Positions 1-8,364 of a DNA stretch of 64,000 nt are shown here, piece by piece. Position 1 is the first letter of the stretch, and each line of letters opens with the position of its first letter. The notes beneath the pieces are model-generated. The model saw nothing but the letters and a program-made list of their open reading frames with translations, was not told the origin of the DNA and ran no database searches. The translations under genes and the position numbers were made by a program. The DNA lies in the sequence record OQ790161.1; one strand, 5' to 3'.

Positions 1-819
1 ATGTCCGACAACAATCGAAATCCGAACCAGAAACCCCCGACCGTCCTGAGCGAATTCGCTCTGCGTCTGACCGGCGAGCCGCTGAACAACGGGGGCAAGC
101 GCCCGCCGTCGCTGATGGTCAACGTGAAGCGTGACGGCAAGTCCGGCCCGTGGGTCGTGCTGTTCGAAACCCGCACCAACGTCGAGAACGACAAGGACTT
201 CGGTAAGATCTCCTTCATGCTCGACATCCCGACCTGGACCATGGTCATCGGCCTGATCCAGCAGCACGCCGACGCAGCAGCTGCCGGCAAGGAAGCTGAC
301 TTCTCCAAGATCGAGATCGCCAACCGTCGTTACATGCGCAACCAGAATGCCATGTCGAAGGAACCGATGCTCGACGGCGCCATCGTGGTCGGTCACACCG
401 GCTCCGGCCAGATCTACATCGGCGTCAAGTCGTGGGACAACGATCGCCCGAACTGCAAGTTCATCTTGCGTCCGGTCGTGGACTTCCGTCGCACGGTCAA
501 GCTGTACAAGAAGGACGGCAGCGAATGGACCGAAGGTCCGCTGTCCCAGCTCTACGCACATGCGTGGGCCAAGGGCATGCAGCAGCTGGTCGCCCACATG
601 TACATCACCGAGTTCACCCCGGCTCCGCCGCGTGAACAGCAGGGTGGTGGCGGTGGTTACGGTGGCGGTGGCGGTGGTAACCGCGGCGGCTACGGCGGCA
701 ACCAAGGTGGTGGCGGTGGCGGCTACGGTGGTGGTGGTAACAATGGCGGTGGCGGTAACGCCGGCGGCAACAATGCCAGCGCCCAGGGCGGCTGGAGCGA
801 CGACGACATCCCGATGTAA
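1..819 (+). CDS. ChmC-like (phiKZ gp67-like) nucleic-acid-binding protein with Gly/Asn-rich tail and SSB-like acidic C-terminus
   Basis: Globular ~205 aa N-terminal part, then a GGGGGYGGG/GN low-complexity tail ending WSDDDIPM. Lies directly upstream of gp68-like, PicA-like and nvRNAP genes, as in phiKZ-like core synteny. Confidence 0.6.
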   Translation: MSDNNRNPNQKPPTVLSEFALRLTGEPLNNGGKRPPSLMVNVKRDGKSGPWVVLFETRTNVENDKDFGKISFMLDIPTWTMVIGLIQQHADAAAAGKEADFSKIEIANRRYMRNQNAMSKEPMLDGAIVVGHTGSGQIYIGVKSWDNDRPNCKFILRPVVDFRRTVKLYKKDGSEWTEGPLSQLYAHAWAKGMQQLVAHMYITEFTPAPPREQQGGGGGYGGGGGGNRGGYGGNQGGGGGGYGGGGNNGGGGNAGGNNASAQGGWSDDDIPM

Positions 820-838
820 TCAGTATCGGGAGATCGAG

Positions 839-862
839 ACGGGGCCCCTTCGGGGGCCCTGT
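839..862 (+). terminator. GC-rich hairpin, UUCG loop
   Basis: acggggcccc-ttcg-ggggccctgt immediately after the first ORF. Confidence 0.7.
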
Positions 863-1103
863 TCACCCCTCTCAAAAATTGGGCCTTCTGAAAGCCTAAT
901 TCTATTTACCGGAGGTTTTCCCATGAAACAGACTTCCAACGCAGCACAGTAAGACCTTAGTCAAACTAAAAGAATCCCTCACTCTTAATGACGGTGATCC
1001 GCATTGAGGGTGGGCGAGAGTTAGAGTGCCTAGAAAGCGCGGGGACGGTACGCCGTCAAATAAATCGCCGAAACAAAGTCCATTCAAAAAAGAAATAGGC
1101 GTA

Positions 1104-1118
1104 TACTATCCCCATGTG
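1104..1118 (+). promoter_or_regulatory. Putative phage promoter (TACT-N7-TG motif)
   Basis: TACT atcccca TGTG in an AT-rich intergenic region; same spacing as five other intergenic sites. Confidence 0.45.
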
Positions 1119-1149
1119 TAGTACCATCCCGCAAGGATAAAAGTCCGTC

Positions 1150-2727
1150 ATGAAAATCACCGCAGTATCCGCACCGAGCTCTGGGTTGACGTCCATCACC
1201 CTGGAGCATAAGGGCAAGATCAGCAACTGGGACGTGAGCAGTACTTACTCGCGCACCCAGAACCGCAATGAGGAGGAGATCGACACCGAAACCCTCTTCG
1301 CAGAAATCAACTCATACTGGGCCAGTCTGTCCGTGGATCGGCAGGCCGGTATCTGGGAAGCCTTCGAAAGCATCCGCCTGATCTTCGAAGCTGACTACCA
1401 GCTGGAAGCTGCCACTGCTAAGCTGAAGCAGAAGGTGGCCGTTCTGTACAACTACATGCCGTTGGCAGAGATCCAGCATCACCTGAACTTCCATGCCGAC
1501 ATCCAGTATCCGTCCTCGGTCCGTGAGACCTTGGATCAGACCTCAGGGAACAGCCGCGCTGAACGGACCTACCTGCGTCAGGATTACTTCGGACTGGTAT
1601 CGCTGTCGGTGGCCTTGCGCCCGATGATTCCGATCTGGGGTCAGTTCATCGACATCTCCCGTCGTGAGCTGGGCAACAACTACAAGGAGTTCCAAGCCTT
1701 CGGGTTGTTGTACGATACCCATCTGGTCCGCTCCAATGAGATCGAACGACTGCGTGAGTTCATCCAGTCCTCGATTGCATCGCAGACCACCGGCGATAAG
1801 ACCTTCACTCCGGTGCTGGGTGGCCTCGGGACTACCGAGCTGCCGTACTGGCTGATGGCCATGACCTGCGTGCGTCGCCTGGCTCCGGCCACGGTGTCCG
1901 GCTCGGGTGATGTGGTGAACCTGATCGCCAAGGTCCACTACTACGTCGACAGCAAGATGAAGTCACTGGATCGTGACTTCGGTCGCGGCTTTGGCGGCAA
2001 GGTGTCGGAGAAGAAGCAAACCGGTGCGGCAGACGATTCCAATACGTCCGTCGTGGAAATGTACAAGATCAAACCGGACATCTCCGATGGTGACATCGTC
2101 ACCCTCAACGTCTACGCAGAAGATCCCTTCCGCATGGCCGCTGTGCGTTGCCCGGATCTGCCGCCTGAACTGCTCGAGGCATCATTGGCTGTTGCGCTGA
2201 AACTGGCAGCTGAAGATACCTACGACCAGCAGAAGTGGTTGGTCAAGTGGATCATCGATCCGGTCATCACGGCCAAGGCGGTGGACCTGCTCACGATCGA
2301 ACCGTTGCTCAAGTGCATGGCCGTCACCCAGGCGGTTCTGTGGCATTGGGGCTTCTACGATCTGGCAGCGATGGTCACCTCCATTCCCCAAGTCAGCGGG
2401 GATGACATGATGATCGGCGTTTCCGAGAACCGCTCGCGCATTCCCAAAGAACACCTGATGCGCATGCAGGATCGCCATCCCTTCTCACCGCCGGTGAAGA
2501 AGAACTCCTCGGCACGGCAAGCCAATGTCGCCGCACGTGCGGTGGACCGCTTGGCCGATGTGCTCTCCAAGAACGACTGGATCCTCAACGCACCGCCTGC
2601 GTTGGCGGAGAAGACCAGCCGCATTGGCAACTCGCGCATGCTGAGCGCCCCGCCGAATCTCAAGATTCAGCTCAGCGATTTGCTCGAACATCCTCAATTT
2701 GCACTGAAGCGAGTCCAGACTCCATGA
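1150..2727 (+). CDS. Non-virion RNA polymerase promoter-specificity subunit (phiKZ gp68-like)
   Basis: 525 aa helical protein; size and position two to three genes upstream of the nvRNAP beta/beta' subunits match gp68. Confidence 0.65.
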   Translation: MKITAVSAPSSGLTSITLEHKGKISNWDVSSTYSRTQNRNEEEIDTETLFAEINSYWASLSVDRQAGIWEAFESIRLIFEADYQLEAATAKLKQKVAVLYNYMPLAEIQHHLNFHADIQYPSSVRETLDQTSGNSRAERTYLRQDYFGLVSLSVALRPMIPIWGQFIDISRRELGNNYKEFQAFGLLYDTHLVRSNEIERLREFIQSSIASQTTGDKTFTPVLGGLGTTELPYWLMAMTCVRRLAPATVSGSGDVVNLIAKVHYYVDSKMKSLDRDFGRGFGGKVSEKKQTGAADDSNTSVVEMYKIKPDISDGDIVTLNVYAEDPFRMAAVRCPDLPPELLEASLAVALKLAAEDTYDQQKWLVKWIIDPVITAKAVDLLTIEPLLKCMAVTQAVLWHWGFYDLAAMVTSIPQVSGDDMMIGVSENRSRIPKEHLMRMQDRHPFSPPVKKNSSARQANVAARAVDRLADVLSKNDWILNAPPALAEKTSRIGNSRMLSAPPNLKIQLSDLLEHPQFALKRVQTP

Positions 2728-4232
2728 AAATCACCAAGCTCCTCCTGCTCGAAGTCGGCACCTTCAACGACCAGTTCCAGCGGCCGTTCCAGGCACACGT
2801 TGACGGGCACTCCATGCAGATGTTGCAGGAGGCGACCCACTACGGCCAGAACCTGACCCCGGCTGCGTTGGGAGCCGTCGGCTCCAACATCATGCGCATC
2901 TCCTCGGTCACCGCCGGCGGCGTGCTCATTCCCAACAGCTTCGACACTCCGCGTCTGTGTCTGATGATGGAAGTCGAGTTCCCCGGCACCGGCGGTATGG
3001 TGCAGGTGGAATGGCTGATGGGCTACACCGACCAGATCGGCATCTCGAACATGTATGGTAACAACCATATCTCGTTCGACCGCAACATGAACATCTACTT
3101 CAACAACGTCATGAAGGGCCGGCGCATGGTGAATAACCACGCCTTCGGCCGTGCCCAGACCACCAGCGTCCAGGGCACCTACCAGCTGATCAATCATGAC
3201 TACCGCCCGAGCATGAACACCCTGCATCAGGAACCGCATCTGATGCGGCCGCAGGACGTGTTCTACTCCCAGTCGATGTCTGGCGCCCGCCAGCTGCTGG
3301 GATCGGAAGAAGTGATCGACGCACGGCCCACCCATGGTCCCGAACGCGTGGCTGTCTCGCATCGTCGCAACACGGTGCCGGGTCAGTACCTGTCGGCCAT
3401 GCTGGAAACGTGGAAGAGCAACAGCGTGTACGATGAAGTCGATCCCGGTTCGATGGCCTCGCAGATGGCCGCATCGATCGCCGAGCCGACCATCTCCCGT
3501 ATCCGCTCGCTCTATGAGCTGGCCAACGTGTCCGAACTGCGGCAGGGCGGCAGCATGACCTGGGGCCAGCTGTGCAGTCTGGATGACACCGGCACGCTGG
3601 AAGACCGTACCGTCGTGGTGCTGGCACAGTCCGATCGTCACCGGGCCAGCCTGTCCCAGCGCGGTGCAACCGAAGGCTGGCAGGGCAATGGCAACGCAAC
3701 GGTCATCGCCAGCCAGTTCGTGCAGGCCGTGCCGGGCATGATGATGGCACTGATGCTCACCGAGCTGGACTTCTCGGTGACCAACATGACCCCGAGCGGC
3801 GAATGGGATGTGCTGTTCGAGAACGTGCAGTCCTTCACCGACGGTGCCCATCAGGTCGATCACGTGCAGGCCTTCCGCTACAAGCTCATCAACGAGCTGA
3901 TGCCGGGGCTGAGCCGTGGTGGTCTGATCCCGCTGGAAATCCACGCCAGCTTCAACGTGCTCGGCCAGACGTTCGTGCAGATCAACATCGATGGCGAAGG
4001 CTACGTGCCGTACATGGCACCGAGCTTCTGCGATGGTCTGTTCGCACCGATCCGTGCACCGGACTCCAACACGCTGGATCGCTTCGCCGACAACCTGAGC
4101 CGGATCACCGGTTCGCTGGAGCAGGACCTCAGCGCCGGTGGTTCGGGCTATGAGCCCAACGACCCCCAGTTCAGTAACAACAACAACAACTCCGCAGGGA
4201 ACAACAGCTATGAAAATTCGGGCTCTCTATAA
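2724..4232 (+). CDS. Phage-nucleus import factor PicA/Imp1-like (phiKZ gp69-like)
   Basis: 502 aa, ATGA overlap with the gp68-like gene; assignment by synteny and size only. Confidence 0.55.
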   Translation: MKITKLLLLEVGTFNDQFQRPFQAHVDGHSMQMLQEATHYGQNLTPAALGAVGSNIMRISSVTAGGVLIPNSFDTPRLCLMMEVEFPGTGGMVQVEWLMGYTDQIGISNMYGNNHISFDRNMNIYFNNVMKGRRMVNNHAFGRAQTTSVQGTYQLINHDYRPSMNTLHQEPHLMRPQDVFYSQSMSGARQLLGSEEVIDARPTHGPERVAVSHRRNTVPGQYLSAMLETWKSNSVYDEVDPGSMASQMAASIAEPTISRIRSLYELANVSELRQGGSMTWGQLCSLDDTGTLEDRTVVVLAQSDRHRASLSQRGATEGWQGNGNATVIASQFVQAVPGMMMALMLTELDFSVTNMTPSGEWDVLFENVQSFTDGAHQVDHVQAFRYKLINELMPGLSRGGLIPLEIHASFNVLGQTFVQINIDGEGYVPYMAPSFCDGLFAPIRAPDSNTLDRFADNLSRITGSLEQDLSAGGSGYEPNDPQFSNNNNNSAGNNSYENSGSL

Positions 4233-5394
4233 AGCCATCCTGGAAGCGGCGGGCGCCATCATCGATGACGACGGCCTGATCTCCATGACGCGACCGGGCG
4301 ATGAGCCCGTTCCGTTCATGGTCGACGACAAGCGCCTGGCCATGCCGACCGAGGCACTGCTGAACAAGGGTGCCTTCAACCCGGACGGCGCGCTGATCGC
4401 CTTCCATCCGATCTGTGAGAACGTGGTACTCGACACCGGCCCGGTGCTGAGCAAGTTCGAAACGGCCATGACCTACCGGCTCACCCACGTCCTGCGTCAG
4501 CTGATCATCCAGCTGACCTCGATCGCCGCCGATCCCAAGCAGCACAAGAAGCTGAAGATGCGGGCCCACGGCCTGCTGTCGGCGCTGCCGGAAGCCGATG
4601 AGAAGACGCGCGATGCGTTCATCAAGGCGATGGAGAACACCACCATCACCGGCGCCAAGAAGCTGATCACGCTGTACGTGCGCAAGGGCGGTAGCTACGG
4701 TGGTGAGAAGGTGAGCCGTCATGCTCGCTTCTACCCGCACGTGGTGGATCTGCTGGACGAAGCCAAGCGCACCCTGGTGGGCGTCACGCTGCGTAAGGCA
4801 GACGTGCCGGCGTTCCTGACGCTGATCGAGTACATCCTGCCCGAGTACCGGGATCCGGATCGCTACTCCTCCCCGTCCAACAGCCAGGTGGCCCCGACGT
4901 TCCATGCGCTGGTCAAGACCTACCACAAGGTGGCCTCCCAGCTCAACAAGATCGTCAACATCCACGCCGACCATCTGCAGGACGCCGAGTCCCTGCTGAT
5001 CAACACCGAATGGTTCGAGGACGTGCAGGACCTGTCCAAGTACCGTGAGCTGATCCCGGTGCTGCCGGGCAACGACGGTGTCGGTGGTACCAAGGCCGTC
5101 AAGGCACCGGCCGCAGCGCCGGTGGTGGGTCAGCCGGCTGCCAAGGCTGCAGCTTCCGGTGCGGCCAGCGGTCGTTCGGTCGATGACTTCCTGCGCAACA
5201 TGATGCCGGCCCGTCCGGTGATGAACGCAGGTGGCTGGGGCGGTGGTGCGCGTGCAACCGGTTGGGCCGCAGCCTCCAATCCGGACAACGACCTGCCGCC
5301 GTGGGCACGTACCCAGGCAGCTGGCTTCACTCCGAACAACGGTGGTAACCGTGGGTTCGGCAGTCGCAGTCCGGGCGGTACCGGCGCGCTGTAA
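4210..5394 (+). CDS. Conserved core-block protein (phiKZ gp70-like), Ala/Gly/Pro-rich C-tail
   Basis: Start reassigned to ATG 4210 (MKIRALYKAIL), overlapping the end of the previous gene; strong codon bias; synteny. Confidence 0.6.
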   Translation: MKIRALYKAILEAAGAIIDDDGLISMTRPGDEPVPFMVDDKRLAMPTEALLNKGAFNPDGALIAFHPICENVVLDTGPVLSKFETAMTYRLTHVLRQLIIQLTSIAADPKQHKKLKMRAHGLLSALPEADEKTRDAFIKAMENTTITGAKKLITLYVRKGGSYGGEKVSRHARFYPHVVDLLDEAKRTLVGVTLRKADVPAFLTLIEYILPEYRDPDRYSSPSNSQVAPTFHALVKTYHKVASQLNKIVNIHADHLQDAESLLINTEWFEDVQDLSKYRELIPVLPGNDGVGGTKAVKAPAAAPVVGQPAAKAAASGAASGRSVDDFLRNMMPARPVMNAGGWGGGARATGWAAASNPDNDLPPWARTQAAGFTPNNGGNRGFGSRSPGGTGAL

Positions 5395-5396
5395 GC

Positions 5397-5436
5397 GGCA
5401 TAAGAGCCAGGACCCTTCGGGGTCCTGGCCAATGCT
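5397..5436. terminator. Bidirectional hairpin between convergent genes (GGCATAAG flank)
   Basis: ggcataaga-gccaggaccc-ttcg-gggtcctggc-caatgc. Confidence 0.75.
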
Positions 5437-5783
5437 CAGGTAATTTTCTTCTGCGTCGTAGCTGCCACAGCGGCCAGCGAATTGAAGGTCTCTTGCAAGG
5501 GGACCATCAACATCACCGCCTCTCCCTTGAAATCGGCAGGGGACAACAGGCCGTTGATGCGCATGATCGTCCAGTGCATGTACCTCGGAATGTTCAACTC
5601 CGTCAATGCACCGTACAAATCACCTTCGTACTTGTAAGCGATTTGCGGAGTGACCGCCACCATCTGCGACTCATTGCGAGCCCGCAGCCAGGTCATGTGG
5701 GTCTCCACCAGCAACCGCCACGTGTTGGTGTAATAGATCTCGCCGCCGGTGAGGCCCATCAGCGATAGAACTTTCATCGACAT
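5436..5783 (-). CDS. Small conserved jumbo-phage protein, possibly LysM/baseplate gp53-like
   Basis: 115 aa; YEGDLYGAL..LNIP..MHWTIMRINGL resembles the LysM-like motif of baseplate wedge proteins. Confidence 0.45.
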   Translation of the reverse strand: MSMKVLSLMGLTGGEIYYTNTWRLLVETHMTWLRARNESQMVAVTPQIAYKYEGDLYGALTELNIPRYMHWTIMRINGLLSPADFKGEAVMLMVPLQETFNSLAAVAATTQKKIT

Positions 5784-5803
5784 GGGTTAACCCCTTAAAA
5801 TAG

Positions 5804-5830
5804 TTTCGAGCACATACTATCAAGATAGTA
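5804..5830. promoter_or_regulatory. Divergent promoter region with palindrome TACTATC-AA-GATAGTA
   Basis: TTTC-N7-TACT motif; 16-bp inverted repeat at 5815-5830 between divergently transcribed genes. Confidence 0.5.
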
Positions 5831-5897
5831 GGGTCTCACCTACAAATGCCTGTTCCGCCAAACAGGTAGCACCACCTAACGGGGACAATCGTGAATC

Positions 5898-8348
5898 ATG
5901 AGTAAATACCCAGTAAACGAACACCGCGCTGAACTGGCGTCATCGGGTGGTTGGAATCCCACCATCATGCATGACTCGGCTGCACGCGTCCAGATGATGG
6001 GCTCGCACCTCAGCCAAGCTCTGCCGGTTATCGGTTGCGAAACCCGCCGGATCCTCACCGGCATGGAACGCGAATTTGGACGTGCCACGTTCAAGATCGA
6101 AATGCCCGTGGATGCCGAGATCGTCAAGGTCATCCACAAGTTCCCGCCGACCATCGGCGAGGGCGGTATCAAGAAGAACCCCAGTACGATCATCGTGTAC
6201 ATGTGCGCCCACACCAAGGTGTACGATGTGCTGGAGTTTGACAACTACCACTGCATGCATCAGCACTTCGGCTTCAACTATGTCTTCACCAAGGACATGA
6301 AGCGTGTGGTGCCCGGCGCTCGTATTCCGGCCGGTACGGTGTTGGCCCATTCGCCGACGCTGGATGATCAGGGCAACTACCGCCTGGGTGTAAATGCCAA
6401 GGTGGCCATGATGTCCCTGCCGGGGATCATTGAAGACGGCATCATCGTCTCCGAATCCTTCTGCAAGCGCAACACGACCAAGTGTATCGAAAGTCGTGAT
6501 CGCAGCTGGGGTAAGAACTGGTACCCGCTGAACCTGTACGGCAACGACAAGGTCTACAAGCCGTTCCCGGACATCGGCGACAAGATCCGCGAAGACGGCC
6601 TGATCTTCGCACTGCGCCGCGTCCCGCAGGACGATGACATCATCCTGGCTCCGCTGGAGATGAGCGTGGATGCGTTGCAGGAAGTGAACTACTTCTTCGA
6701 CCGCTGCGAGTACGGCCAGCCCGGTGCCACGGTGACCAACATCACCGTTCGCCACGATGATCGTCCCAACGCTCCCACGCCGCAGGGCATGGAAGTGCAG
6801 ACCATGAAGTACTACCAAGCAGAGTGCCTGTTCCATCAAGCTCTGCTGGACTGCTACCAGAACCTGTTCGGCAAGCTGCGCGAGAACCTCACGATCTCGC
6901 CGGCGTTCCAGATCCTGCTGCGCGAAGCACGCATGTATCTGCCGTGCCCGATCCGCTCCAAGTCCACGCAGATGTACCAGCTCAATCCGCTGGATGACTG
7001 GCGTGTGGATCTGACCTACGAGTACGACTTCGTTCCGACCATCGGCTCCAAGCTGACCGGTCTGCACGGGGACAAGGGCGTGATCTGTCAGGTGTGGCCG
7101 GATGCGGACATGCCGGTGGATGCCTGGGGTACCCGAGCGGAAGTCATCGTGGCGGCACTGTCGACCATGGACCGCATGAACATCGGTCGCCCGATCGAGC
7201 ATGAAGTCAATGGCTCAATGGAAATGCTCACAGCCGCCCTGCGCGAAGCCATGGGCGTGACCCAACCGCTGTGGAGTGCTGATACCCAGCATGCGGTGGA
7301 TCGCGTTCACGCCAAGCTGGAGCGCTTCAACGCACCGACGCCGGCTGGCCAGAAGGCCCACGAAGAGATCGTGGCCCGTATTGGCGGTGATCCGGCCAAG
7401 GCCTTCCAAGAACTGCTGAACTTCTACGAGCTGGCATCGCCCAAGATGCGCGCTCTGTTCGATGACCCCAACTACCAAGGGTCGCCCGAACACCACTTGC
7501 AGCAGGTGCTCAAGCACGGGATCTTCCTGTGGGCACCGCTGGATACACCCAAGCCCTGGGTGCATCTGGAGTGGAACGAAGCCGAGTTCGATCGTGATGG
7601 TTACGATGCGGCCATGCAGGAATACCGCCGCGAAGTGGCCACGGGCAATCAGGATGTCATGGAACCGACGATGGAATCGTACGGTACGCGCTTTGTCAAG
7701 TTCGGGGGTGTGGTCGGCGATCTGACCGAACATTACCCGGCTCGACGTGGACCGCTGTGGTTCCGTGGCCGCTCGGGCAACGAGCGTGTCACCCGCGATG
7801 ACATCATGATCGCTGACACCTACATGGTGTTGCTGGAAAAGACCGGTGGTGATTGGTCTGGCGTGGCCTCGGCCCGTCACCAGCACTACGGCCTGCCGGC
7901 CAAGCTGTCCAAGCAGGATAAGTACTCCCTGCCCAGCCGCGCCAACCCGGTGCGTATCTTCGGTGAGGCAGAAGTTCGCCTGACCACCACAGCCACCGCA
8001 GGTGACGTGGTTTCGGAGATGCTGGAGATGTCCAACAGCCCGGCTGCCCACAAGAACGTGGTAGCCAACATCCTGCGGGCGCTGATGCCGTCCAACATCG
8101 AAGACGTGCTGGATCATGACCTGATCAAGCCCGGCTCGAACCGTTCGCAGATGTTCGTCAATCACTCCCTACGGTGTGCGGGTGTGGAGTTCTTCTACGT
8201 GGATCACTCCGACGAAGAGGAAGTCTATCCGGCAGATCCGATCGGCGTTCGTGCCGACCTGGGCCTGAGTGAAGGGGAGGACGAAGAAGATGATGCCGAC
8301 GCCGAGGAAACCGACGACGATACCGCCGATGATGAAGCCGATGAATAA
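5898..8348 (+). CDS. Non-virion RNA polymerase beta subunit, C-terminal part (phiKZ gp71-73-like)
   Basis: SARVQMMGSHLSQA, IEDGIIVSESF, GSKLTGLHGDKGV, MDRMNIGR and NPVRIFGEAE are beta-subunit motifs; acidic C-tail. Confidence 0.9.
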   Translation: MSKYPVNEHRAELASSGGWNPTIMHDSAARVQMMGSHLSQALPVIGCETRRILTGMEREFGRATFKIEMPVDAEIVKVIHKFPPTIGEGGIKKNPSTIIVYMCAHTKVYDVLEFDNYHCMHQHFGFNYVFTKDMKRVVPGARIPAGTVLAHSPTLDDQGNYRLGVNAKVAMMSLPGIIEDGIIVSESFCKRNTTKCIESRDRSWGKNWYPLNLYGNDKVYKPFPDIGDKIREDGLIFALRRVPQDDDIILAPLEMSVDALQEVNYFFDRCEYGQPGATVTNITVRHDDRPNAPTPQGMEVQTMKYYQAECLFHQALLDCYQNLFGKLRENLTISPAFQILLREARMYLPCPIRSKSTQMYQLNPLDDWRVDLTYEYDFVPTIGSKLTGLHGDKGVICQVWPDADMPVDAWGTRAEVIVAALSTMDRMNIGRPIEHEVNGSMEMLTAALREAMGVTQPLWSADTQHAVDRVHAKLERFNAPTPAGQKAHEEIVARIGGDPAKAFQELLNFYELASPKMRALFDDPNYQGSPEHHLQQVLKHGIFLWAPLDTPKPWVHLEWNEAEFDRDGYDAAMQEYRREVATGNQDVMEPTMESYGTRFVKFGGVVGDLTEHYPARRGPLWFRGRSGNERVTRDDIMIADTYMVLLEKTGGDWSGVASARHQHYGLPAKLSKQDKYSLPSRANPVRIFGEAEVRLTTTATAGDVVSEMLEMSNSPAAHKNVVANILRALMPSNIEDVLDHDLIKPGSNRSQMFVNHSLRCAGVEFFYVDHSDEEEVYPADPIGVRADLGLSEGEDEEDDADAEETDDDTADDEADE

Positions 8349-8364
8349 GTGAGGTCGTAAAACC

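Noticed and set aside
640-790. GGT/GGC repeat tract as a DNA repeat array or CRISPR-like element
   Set aside because: Simply encodes the Gly-rich tail; no fixed repeat-spacer period.
4176-4190. (AAC)5 microsatellite as a phase-variation site
   Set aside because: In-frame poly-Asn in a disordered C-tail; length change would not shift the frame.
5898-8348. Group I intron or homing endonuclease in the nvRNAP beta gene, as in phiKZ gp71-73
   Set aside because: The ORF is continuous, with no HNH/GIY/LAGLIDADG motif or intron-like interruption.
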